64,000 nucleotides of DNA from the IMG/VR virus record IMGVR_UViG_3300012012_001194, positions 1 to 64,000 of that record, one strand, 5' to 3'. The stretch comes from a virus. A program made the position numbers and the translations under genes. A model generated the notes under the pieces. The model was not told where the DNA came from. It did not search any database and saw only the letters and a list, made by a program, of their open reading frames with translations. Position 1 is the stretch's first letter, and each line of letters begins with the position of its first letter. Of the stretch, positions 10,144 to 18,567 are shown piece after piece.

Positions 10144-11079
10144 TTACACCAACATAAACAGGGCTTTGTCTATCAGCTGCTCAGGGAACCCTTCAAAGTT
10201 ACTAAAAGCAAAGGTCTCTTTGGCCCTGATATGCTTTTCAGCGTCTTTGCGCCTGATCCTTAGCACGCCCACAGGCAGGTCAACTCCAGTATCAAAGTCT
10301 TTAAGCTGGCCATGAGAATCGGCCCAGCTATTAAGAATGATAGCGTAAGGGTCTCTATCATTATCATCTACGCCAATAAAGCACATCTGATGACCCCAGT
10401 TATCTGTTTGTCTATGGAATCCGTCGTTAGCTGGTGTCATGCTGTAACCAATATCGCTAGCAGTAGTACAAGGGTAGCCATTAGATATGGCAGCTACTAA
10501 GTCGTCCCAGCTCTTAATCAGGGCTGCCGATTTTACCGGGTGCATTTTACCTTCCTCTACGAACTTATTATCAGGGCCTGGGCTGTCTCCCCACTTCTTA
10601 GCTACTTTTCCAGAATATGCTGGCACACCACCAAAATTACTGCGAAGAACACCGTATTTAATAATAGCGTCTGCCATCCAGCTTCCCAAGGAGCCATCGT
10701 CACCATCTAACTGCCCTCCTCCGATAAGTACTCGGCCTGTGCCATAGAGATAAGGCGGGAACACTGGGTTAAAAGCTTCCCTGTCGCCTTTCATAAGCTT
10801 CTCGGTAGCCATTAAGTATTCACAAGCATTCTTAGCTCCAAAAGACACGCAGTCACCGATCTCTTGTGCGTAGTTCTCTGTGTCTTTACCTAGAAGCTTT
10901 CTTACAACTTCATACAGCATAGTCTTTCCACCCTTAGTGCTTCTTGTAGAGCTAAGGATGTTAAACTCTTTAAACGAGCTGCTAAGCAAATCAAATTGAG
11001 CTTTGACTAATTCTGGGTTGTCTTTACCTGCCCAGCCGCCCTTAGCGCCGTTCTTGTATAGCTTTAGGATATCGCTCAT
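10144..11079 (-). CDS. Papain-like cysteine peptidase (clan CA, C1-like)
   Basis: QEIGDCVSFG (oxyanion Gln, catalytic Cys), WGHQMC (His), ILNSW (Asn). Confidence 0.88.
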   Translation of the reverse strand: MSDILKLYKNGAKGGWAGKDNPELVKAQFDLLSSSFKEFNILSSTRSTKGGKTMLYEVVRKLLGKDTENYAQEIGDCVSFGAKNACEYLMATEKLMKGDREAFNPVFPPYLYGTGRVLIGGGQLDGDDGSLGSWMADAIIKYGVLRSNFGGVPAYSGKVAKKWGDSPGPDNKFVEEGKMHPVKSAALIKSWDDLVAAISNGYPCTTASDIGYSMTPANDGFHRQTDNWGHQMCFIGVDDNDRDPYAIILNSWADSHGQLKDFDTGVDLPVGVLRIRRKDAEKHIRAKETFAFSNFEGFPEQLIDKALFMLV

Positions 11080-11089
11080 TTTATTTTCC

Positions 11090-11863
11090 TTATTTTACAG
11101 ACTTAAGACCTGCTGCTACTTCTCTCCAAGCCTCAGCAAAATCTGTGGCTGTTAGCATTTGCTTACTCTCGTAAAGGGAGTAAAGCGCTTCCTGCATTTC
11201 TTTAAAGAAAGGCTCCCATGCAGCTTTGTTGGCGCCTACTGCTGCTCTGTTAGACTCAGCAGTCTTCTTTAAAAGTTCATCGACTTCCTTGATAGCCCCT
11301 GCGGCTACGGCTGACGCCATAGATTCAAAGGACTTTGCAACGGCTGTTGCAGATCCTTTACGGATAGCTGCAGGCACCTTATTAATAGCTAAGGAATAGG
11401 CTTTCTTTTGAAGGTTGTATCTAGCTTCTGGAAACGTAGGCTCAGGAGCTAATGGTTCTGGATTTGGGTCTAAGTCTTCACCAATGATAACTGGGGAAGA
11501 TATAATAACAGTCTTGGTGACTATCTCTGACGTTTTGTCGCCTTCTTTGACTACGTAGAGATAAGTGATAGCTGCTAGTGCTGTCATACGTTTAGGTACG
11601 ACTCCGGCTCCAAAGAAGATACCGTCTTGGTATTCTCTTACTCTTTTTTCTTTGTCTCCATCAAATACCTTCCAAGCAATACTGCAAGATACAAAGTGCT
11701 TTGGTGGATCTTTAATAGATGACACAGTGAGGTCCACCAGCTCCCCGAGGGGAACTGGGGCCTCGGCTCCAACAATCTTCTGCTGTGGGACCACAAAATC
11801 GGTCGCCAAGGAGCTGCTGGAAATGAGGATCGTAGCTAGTAGGCTAAACAATATCTTATTCAT
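11090..11863 (-). CDS. Exported protein with Sec signal peptide
   Basis: MNKILFSLLATILISSSSLA signal; beta-rich domain, Pro linker, helical C-terminal domain. Confidence 0.75.
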   Translation of the reverse strand: MNKILFSLLATILISSSSLATDFVVPQQKIVGAEAPVPLGELVDLTVSSIKDPPKHFVSCSIAWKVFDGDKEKRVREYQDGIFFGAGVVPKRMTALAAITYLYVVKEGDKTSEIVTKTVIISSPVIIGEDLDPNPEPLAPEPTFPEARYNLQKKAYSLAINKVPAAIRKGSATAVAKSFESMASAVAAGAIKEVDELLKKTAESNRAAVGANKAAWEPFFKEMQEALYSLYESKQMLTATDFAEAWREVAAGLKSVK

Positions 11864-11873
11864 AGATATTCCT

Positions 11874-12149
11874 TTACTTAGAGTGTGCCGCTAAGGCAGC
11901 AGCTACCAATTGTGTAGCTCTTTCCTTGCTTACTGGAGTACTAGGACCAAAAGCCTCTATCAGGGTTACAACTAAGTCAGCAAACCAAGGTTGATCTGCA
12001 AACTGTTTAAATACTTCTACGACCCTGTCATCAACATCGCCAGGAATCATTTTGGTCATAGAGTCGGCGATCTTCACAATAAGATCAATCGCCTTCTTTA
12101 CTTTCTCTGCGTCTAAGGCTACTTTAGCTACAACGTTATCTTCTGACAT
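11874..12149 (-). CDS. Small helical hypothetical protein
   Basis: 91 aa; AGGAG RBS; first gene of the protease cassette. Confidence 0.7.
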   Translation of the reverse strand: MSEDNVVAKVALDAEKVKKAIDLIVKIADSMTKMIPGDVDDRVVEVFKQFADQPWFADLVVTLIEAFGPSTPVSKERATQLVAAALAAHSK

Positions 12150-12186
12150 AGTGCTCTCCTATCTTAAATGAGTAAAACCAACACTC

Positions 12187-13821
12187 TTATACACTCTTAA
12201 CTGTGATTTGGATATCCGACTTATCTAGAAAATAAGCCGTTGATCTAGGGGTTACCATGTTTAAAGGTGAGTTAGGCACCGTAAGGGTGACTGCTCCATT
12301 AATGTATCTTACAGTACCGTTAGGGTACAGCAGCCGGCCTCTTAGATCTACGGAGTCTATTGACTGGTCGTTGGTTAGTATGTTTTGAATAATAGCTATC
12401 AGGTTTGATTCATAAAGCTTTGAAGAGAATCCCAGCTCATTTACATAATCAAACAGTTCGCCTTTAATATTGTCTAGTGGCACTGCGTAGTCCTTATTTC
12501 TATTATGAATAACTACGGAAACCCTTACGTCAAAAGGAATTGCAGCTCTAACTAGTATGTCGGATCCTGAAGGCCTTACGTCTGCTCCATTTAAGAAGCG
12601 CTGGATCTCAGCTATATTGCGCTGCCTTCTTAATACAAAACTATAGTTACCCTTTACTCCGAGCTCTAGGCCTGCGTCAGTATCTGTATCTAGGAACTGA
12701 AGGGTGCAAGTTTGGTAGCGAGTAAAGGCGGCCTCAGCTCCAGTTTTTATGTCTGGCTTAAACCCGGTACCGTCGTCGCTGACGTCGAAGCCTCTCTCGG
12801 TTATAATAGTTTCATAGCCATTAACTATCGACAGGTTAGCCTTGTCGGCCAGTCGAACAATCCTAGAAGCCTCGTAGAAGCCTGGGGCTACGTTTCTTCC
12901 AAATGAGACCTGCCACAGCCCTCCGTTTATTCGCTGCTCTACTAAGGTGGCTTGGGTATCTACCGCTGTCTTAGTCGGGAGCCCATCACCCTTAATATAA
13001 GTATCTACCCTTCCGCCATGGGCTACTGGAAATAATCCGTGATACCTGATCTGTTCTGGGTCACCATACCCAAAAGATCCTACGTCATTGATGCCAGAGA
13101 AGTTGCTCTTTATTAAAGCCGACAATGAGTATTTATTAGAGAAGTTCTTAGATGACACCCCCTCCTTTAACCTTTCAATAAGCTGCAAGTTAGACTCGAT
13201 TGCTGAGCCAGGAATGAAGTCGCTAGCTACTACGGCAGCAGTTATACCCCCAGCAGGAGCAAGCATCGCCAGCCTATCTCCCTGCTTTAAAGCGGTATCC
13301 GCGCCAACAGACTCCGCTTCTACGTCAACATTGAAGCCGTAAGTGCCGTCACCAATAGAAAATATCAACTTATCAAACGGGGTCAGTACCGAGTTAACCG
13401 ACGTCCTAGCTGCAAAGGTACCAGTAACTAAAAACCGTTTACCAAAAGCTACGAACACAGAACCTGAGGCTATTGCCGTAGCTTTTACGGCTGGAATGAT
13501 AAGAGTTATTTCCCCAAATGACCTAGTCCCGCCTTTTCTTGTAATTAAAAAGTTGCTTAAGACTTCGTCTACTAAGGCCGGGTCAGCCAAGGCGGGGTCT
13601 GACTCGATAGCTAAGATCGAGCCAGCCTTCCTAAACTTATCTGCGTAGCTCTCTTGGGCTGCGTGAACGATGCTTTCTAAGTTTATTAGAAGGTCATGGA
13701 TAACACCTCTTCTAAACTCCACCGTTGGCGCCTTCTCTTGTATTCTCTGTACAAGTAGAGTCCTAGCAGCTGCTACGTCTGCAGGTGATAGTTCAGTTAG
13801 GTTGGGAAACGTTATGGGCAT
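12187..13821 (-). CDS. Baseplate J-like wedge protein
   Basis: 544 aa; LDxxxSNFxITRKxG-type segment (VDEVLSNFLITRKGG), GS..ES...L..R motif; follows the gp25-like gene. Confidence 0.85.
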   Translation of the reverse strand: MPITFPNLTELSPADVAAARTLLVQRIQEKAPTVEFRRGVIHDLLINLESIVHAAQESYADKFRKAGSILAIESDPALADPALVDEVLSNFLITRKGGTRSFGEITLIIPAVKATAIASGSVFVAFGKRFLVTGTFAARTSVNSVLTPFDKLIFSIGDGTYGFNVDVEAESVGADTALKQGDRLAMLAPAGGITAAVVASDFIPGSAIESNLQLIERLKEGVSSKNFSNKYSLSALIKSNFSGINDVGSFGYGDPEQIRYHGLFPVAHGGRVDTYIKGDGLPTKTAVDTQATLVEQRINGGLWQVSFGRNVAPGFYEASRIVRLADKANLSIVNGYETIITERGFDVSDDGTGFKPDIKTGAEAAFTRYQTCTLQFLDTDTDAGLELGVKGNYSFVLRRQRNIAEIQRFLNGADVRPSGSDILVRAAIPFDVRVSVVIHNRNKDYAVPLDNIKGELFDYVNELGFSSKLYESNLIAIIQNILTNDQSIDSVDLRGRLLYPNGTVRYINGAVTLTVPNSPLNMVTPRSTAYFLDKSDIQITVKSV

Positions 13822-13823
13822 TA

Positions 13824-14318
13824 TTACCTCGCAGGTACTACCGTTAGCGGAACAACAAACACTCTAGAGACGCCGGCTAGGCTATCAATTCTGACAGACA
13901 AGCTTAATTTTGATCCTATTTCTAACTTTAATGCAAGCAGTTCAACGCCGCTGTACTTCTCATCGTCAGGATAGGTGCCGGCGTTGTCTTCAAGTCTTAA
14001 GTTAAACGCAACCTTATCTCGAGCAAAGGTGAACGCCGTAAAGGCGTCAGCCTCAGTTCTAAGTCTACCCGATCTTGATTGATTTATAAAGTTGCATCCT
14101 CTAGCTGGCAGATAAGGCACTGATCCTAGGGGGGTAAGAAACTCTATAAGCCAGCGCTGTGCTAGCTTTTGTATACCGGCGCATACTTTTCCTGATGACT
14201 GAGACTCACCGTACAACCTTTGAGACATCTCAAATGTGCCGTCAGTATAGGCGCCATCAAACGCAAGTATATCTACCTTGCGACCTGTATAATCATTTGT
14301 TCTCTTAGTTGCCGCCAT
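13824..14318 (-). CDS. Baseplate wedge/sheath initiator (gp25/GPW-like)
   Basis: 164 aa; GIQKLAQRWLIEFLTPLGS...P.RG pattern; directly upstream of baseplate J. Confidence 0.7.
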   Translation of the reverse strand: MAATKRTNDYTGRKVDILAFDGAYTDGTFEMSQRLYGESQSSGKVCAGIQKLAQRWLIEFLTPLGSVPYLPARGCNFINQSRSGRLRTEADAFTAFTFARDKVAFNLRLEDNAGTYPDDEKYSGVELLALKLEIGSKLSLSVRIDSLAGVSRVFVVPLTVVPAR

Positions 14319-14328
14319 CGCCTACTCC

Positions 14329-14790
14329 TTAGCCGCCGTTGGCACTTAGTTCAATTAACTTTTCTATATATCCCAGCACCCCGTATGGAGATTGAAGCGG
14401 ACCATCTCCGCTGCCCTGCCCTCTTCTTCTTCCGGCTGAGAAAGCTTCTGATCTGGCTAAAGAGCAGTGCCTTAAACGAAAGGCTCGCTCCATCGCTTGA
14501 AGATAAGCAGACTGCAGCCTGACGACCTTGGCATCGCCATCAGTTCCTGGCGAGGCTTGGTTGTAAACATCTTGGCAGTTGCTGTCTAGCTCCCCTCTGC
14601 TAAAGGTGTCTCTTACAGCAGCATAATTACCAGGATCTTTGCCCTTGTGGTCTGCAAGCTCCCAAACGCGGGCTCCACCATTAAACATGGCGTCAGCCAT
14701 TTCATTTGACTGCGCAGCCATCTTCGTAATGTTGTCTTTAAACCTAGTATCTGGGCTACTGACCTTTGATATTCCGTAATAGTCACTCAT
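14329..14790 (-). CDS. Hypothetical protein
   Basis: 153 aa; ATGA overlap with the sigma gene. Confidence 0.7.
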   Translation of the reverse strand: MSDYYGISKVSSPDTRFKDNITKMAAQSNEMADAMFNGGARVWELADHKGKDPGNYAAVRDTFSRGELDSNCQDVYNQASPGTDGDAKVVRLQSAYLQAMERAFRLRHCSLARSEAFSAGRRRGQGSGDGPLQSPYGVLGYIEKLIELSANGG

Positions 14791-15617
14791 AGCAGACCCA
14801 TCCTTTCACGGCTGTCCATCTTCTTTTGAATGTCAGCCCTTATTTGGCTTACCCTAGCCGGGGTTATACGCAGCTTGTTAGCAATACTAATGTTATCTAA
14901 TATCTTCTTACCATTCATCCCAAATGTGTGCTCCATGATAAGCTTTGACCTATCGTCTAGGCCGTCATGGACAAAGCCTCTCCAAGCATCGCCTTGCTGC
15001 TGCCCCGGTATAACTGATGATGGATCTGAGGCGTCTTCACTTTCGGAACCTGCAAATGCCTGAGTAGCTGCCCCTTCTGAAAGGCCAGGCTTAAAGCTCC
15101 TAACTCGCTCTATGCGCCTGCCGCTTAGTCCTGTGTAGTCAGCTAGCTCAGAGTCATTAGGCTCTCTACCCAGCTGATCCGTAAGTTCGTTAAATGAGTT
15201 ATTGACGTAGTGGCTGTCAATCCTCACTCTTTCAGGGACATTTAAAATTTGGTTAGACTTAGCTGCAGCTCTTTTTAGGCCTTGGAGGTGCCACATCATA
15301 TGAGTTTTAAGCTTGGACTTTTCTGGGTCATAACTTCTTAGCCCATCCAGGGCCATGCGCTTGGCTTGCAGCTTAACGCTGGGAGAAGCCTCTGCGCCTA
15401 CGTAAGTTTTTATGGCGCTGTCTATGATAGGTTTTAGCTTTCCTACCATCATATCGTTTTGCTCTGGGGATTGGTTTTGCTTCCAAAGCCCGTAATGCTC
15501 ACCAAACTCAGGCTCAATGTTTGAGCTTGGTTTTGGCGGCGTGCCAGGTGCTTGTGGCTTTTGTTTATCTAGAGAGAACATGTTGGGCACTTGTTCAAAC
15601 GGTTTCTTTGGTTCCAT
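14787..15617 (-). CDS. RNA polymerase sigma-70 family factor (group 3, FliA/WhiG-like architecture)
   Basis: Region 2 (GLRSYDPEKSKLKTHMMW), region 3 (LTDQLGREPNDSELADYTGLS), region 4 HTH (IANKLRITPARVSQI). Confidence 0.88.
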   Translation of the reverse strand: MEPKKPFEQVPNMFSLDKQKPQAPGTPPKPSSNIEPEFGEHYGLWKQNQSPEQNDMMVGKLKPIIDSAIKTYVGAEASPSVKLQAKRMALDGLRSYDPEKSKLKTHMMWHLQGLKRAAAKSNQILNVPERVRIDSHYVNNSFNELTDQLGREPNDSELADYTGLSGRRIERVRSFKPGLSEGAATQAFAGSESEDASDPSSVIPGQQQGDAWRGFVHDGLDDRSKLIMEHTFGMNGKKILDNISIANKLRITPARVSQIRADIQKKMDSRERMGLL

Positions 15618-15627
15618 AATTATTCCT

Positions 15628-17283
15628 TTATTTATTGTCCAGCCTACCGCCTAGGTAGGTTGTCGTGTAAATAGGATGCTTTGTCATTGTTAAAATACCC
15701 TCTCCATCTTCAACTTGAGTTCTAACGTATCCTACGGTGAATGTAGTCACAGCCTGTGACGATTGAGCGTCCAGCGAGGTTGTAACCCTAAGTACCATGC
15801 CTCTAAAGTATTTAGGAAAAGACGCAGGACCGTGTAAGTCATTTGGAATTTCAAACTCAATGTAGCTTCCAATACCTATGTCTGTTCTAAAGGGCCCACT
15901 TATAGTTCCCTGTCTTCCTTTTAATATCTCAAACCCATAGAGGGATTTAGCGTAGTTATCTCTAAGCTCCATCGTGTTTTTAATAGTCCCCGTTTTTGAC
16001 TCTAAACCAGAGGGGGTGCCGCCAGTAGGACTAACCGCCGTCTTTACAGGGGCATTTGTTTTCTTATCTGCGCCCAGTGCGTAGTACGTCGCACTTGCAG
16101 TCGATAGCCACGACGGGGGCTGCTTGTAAAGTACAGTGCCCTTACAGTCAGCAGTGCCTATATAGGCCCCTCCAACCCTGAGTCTAGGGAGAGAAGTTTC
16201 ATTTGGAGCGCCACCCATCACTCCAGTCTCTGTCGAGAAAAGAAGCGCAACACCTCTTATAGTGCGAGGCATGTCACCAGAAAGTGAAACAGAGAATATT
16301 TGCTCAGACGGTATAGAGTAAAACGAGTCAGGCTGACCACTTAGGCTTGAAGAGAAGCAGGGCAGGAACGGAATAACGTTTGCTTCATTAATACCTGGAG
16401 CTATCGCAAACATGTAGTTAGCACTGGCCGATACTATAACGTCCCAAATGGTCTGTCCTGCAAAGTTCTCTAAAAATATAGATGTTAAATCTTTATATAT
16501 AGCACTTTTTACATTTTCTGCAGTACTACCATCTAATGGGAGCACGCCTTTCATTTTAGCAAGAGCGTCTAGTGCTGCTTTATTATTAGGGTTTCTAGTA
16601 GAGGGGTTGGCGCAGGTCGGGTCTGCGGAGCGATTCACATCGATTAACCCAGCCGCCTTAGCTCCTGCTTCTGCTATCTTTTTAATGCCACCTTCCCACA
16701 GATTACTTACAAGGTCTGTAGCGCCTCCTATGACTTTAGACGTCCAAGTTGCACCCATCAGCCCGGCGTTCCTTGTTTGAACTACTCCGTCTCCCGCTCT
16801 TGCATTCACCAATAAAGCGGACCTCTGTAGGTCGCCTGGGGTCATCGAATGTGTAGAGGCTCCCATCATGCTTGATGCCGCTAAATCAGACAGCCAGTGC
16901 TCCACAGATACAGAAAGTACGGATCCAGAGGCGTTACGCTGGTACCCAACCCCAGCTATATAACCTTCAAATATCATCTGAGGTTTCACTGCCTCTGAAG
17001 CTTTAAGCCCTGCTGCTAGAGATATAGACTCGTCTTCAGTGGGATTCTCCGCCCATATTCTTATGCTTTTTCTAAATGTAAATAGATTATCTAGGATCTC
17101 TGCTGCTTTAGCCGCTTCATTTGTTTTTGTATTCATACCAAGCGCTAGGGTTATCGTAGCTGTAGGTATTGCATTCAGGGCAAACTCTGTAGTCACCTGA
17201 ACAACGTCATATGGTGTGCCACTGTTGTCACCAATGGTGACGTAGCATACTAACTTTCTCTTTACGTAGGAAGATACAGCCAT
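15628..17283 (-). CDS. Putative baseplate hub protein (gp27/gpD-like)
   Basis: 551 aa, beta-rich; IFEGYI and C-terminal ISGPFRTDIGIGSYI...GMVLRVT patterns; downstream of tape measure. Confidence 0.6.
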   Translation of the reverse strand: MAVSSYVKRKLVCYVTIGDNSGTPYDVVQVTTEFALNAIPTATITLALGMNTKTNEAAKAAEILDNLFTFRKSIRIWAENPTEDESISLAAGLKASEAVKPQMIFEGYIAGVGYQRNASGSVLSVSVEHWLSDLAASSMMGASTHSMTPGDLQRSALLVNARAGDGVVQTRNAGLMGATWTSKVIGGATDLVSNLWEGGIKKIAEAGAKAAGLIDVNRSADPTCANPSTRNPNNKAALDALAKMKGVLPLDGSTAENVKSAIYKDLTSIFLENFAGQTIWDVIVSASANYMFAIAPGINEANVIPFLPCFSSSLSGQPDSFYSIPSEQIFSVSLSGDMPRTIRGVALLFSTETGVMGGAPNETSLPRLRVGGAYIGTADCKGTVLYKQPPSWLSTASATYYALGADKKTNAPVKTAVSPTGGTPSGLESKTGTIKNTMELRDNYAKSLYGFEILKGRQGTISGPFRTDIGIGSYIEFEIPNDLHGPASFPKYFRGMVLRVTTSLDAQSSQAVTTFTVGYVRTQVEDGEGILTMTKHPIYTTTYLGGRLDNK

Positions 17284-18044
17284 TAGTTGCCCTGCACTAT
17301 CTTAATAAGTTCAATCTTGTCCATCTCTATAGCCAAAGCCAAGCTAAGCGCACCCATCTTATCAGCCAAGGCATCTGACCTACGCCACAGCTGCTTAAGG
17401 TCTTCTTTACCGGAGAAAATCTGCAATTCTACATCAGAGCCTATCAAAGCCTCACAATCTGCAAGGACTTGTCCGATGTCCTTAGCAGGTTTAAGGAAGG
17501 CCGTAGCTCGGTAGTGCCCATTACCTAGCGCTAATTTAATATCGTTTAATAAGTTAAAGTAGCTACCAGAGCTGGCTACCGTATACCTATCACCGGTGCG
17601 CTCGTCTACGACATTACAGGTGTCTCCTGACACCTCTAAGTCTAAAATGAATTGCGATCGGCCAAGCCTATCATCAGCAGTAGGTATGTTAAACACAGAA
17701 TAATCGATTGCAAAGATACTATTAACCCCTTCAACTTTAACAACTCCATAACCTGCCATGGTCGATGCAAACTGTATAGGCCAGTAGGTAAGTCTACTGT
17801 CTTTAGCGGTAACCGCCTCATACAAAGCCCCGTCATGCCACATGGTAGTAAGTTGCCTAAGCCTGTAGTTTAAGTAAGCCCTGTCTGGGCTTTCTCCAAA
17901 TATCAATCTATGAACCGTAGACACGTAGCCTGACATAGGCTTCTGGCGAAACATGGGGTCTACAAGCTCCTCGCCAGGGTATTCAAGCCCAGGCCAGTTG
18001 CTTCCGCTGATATTAAGTAGTGCAGTCCTATAATGGTTAATCAT
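17283..18044 (-). CDS. Hypothetical tail-region protein
   Basis: 253 aa; translationally coupled on both sides. Confidence 0.65.
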   Translation of the reverse strand: MINHYRTALLNISGSNWPGLEYPGEELVDPMFRQKPMSGYVSTVHRLIFGESPDRAYLNYRLRQLTTMWHDGALYEAVTAKDSRLTYWPIQFASTMAGYGVVKVEGVNSIFAIDYSVFNIPTADDRLGRSQFILDLEVSGDTCNVVDERTGDRYTVASSGSYFNLLNDIKLALGNGHYRATAFLKPAKDIGQVLADCEALIGSDVELQIFSGKEDLKQLWRRSDALADKMGALSLALAIEMDKIELIKIVQGN

Positions 18045-18553
18045 GTACCGTCACCAGGTAATAGGGCCATTTGCAACGTAAACTGCCCAAGCATAAATTG
18101 AGGGTCTGCCATTTGAATTTGAAATGATAACAGAAAACCCTTAAGTATACGGCTCCCTACGGCTATCGATAGCGGTTCTTTTTTCTTTACTACGTACTTG
18201 TTATAAAAGAATTCATAAAATGGCTCAAGAGGCAACTCATCAATCTTATCAGGCCCGCAAGTTATTGGATTATTTAGAAATAGGTACCCGCCTATTGATA
18301 GGCTTCCTATCTTATCCCCAAACACTGTAAGGTATATTACATCTTGCAGGGTGTGCATAAACTGAGTGTTAGTTTCCCCGGTAGCTACAAAGCTAGTAAT
18401 AATGCCGCCCAGCTGACCAACGCTGGATGCACCTACCCCTCCAGCTGTATCAGAGTCTAATAGTATTGTGATGGGTGTACCGGGCGCCCCCCCATTAGGC
18501 GTGCCGTCTATGGCCATCACTGTACCTGCGCTTGAAGTAAATATACTAGGCAT
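18041..18553 (-). CDS. Putative tail tube initiator / tube-fold baseplate protein
   Basis: 170 aa; immediately after tape measure; YLTVFGDKIGSLSIGG resembles YYVVGKASGTFS of the tube proteins. Confidence 0.55.
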   Translation of the reverse strand: MPSIFTSSAGTVMAIDGTPNGGAPGTPITILLDSDTAGGVGASSVGQLGGIITSFVATGETNTQFMHTLQDVIYLTVFGDKIGSLSIGGYLFLNNPITCGPDKIDELPLEPFYEFFYNKYVVKKKEPLSIAVGSRILKGFLLSFQIQMADPQFMLGQFTLQMALLPGDGT

Positions 18554-18567
18554 TACTCGTGTCCTTA

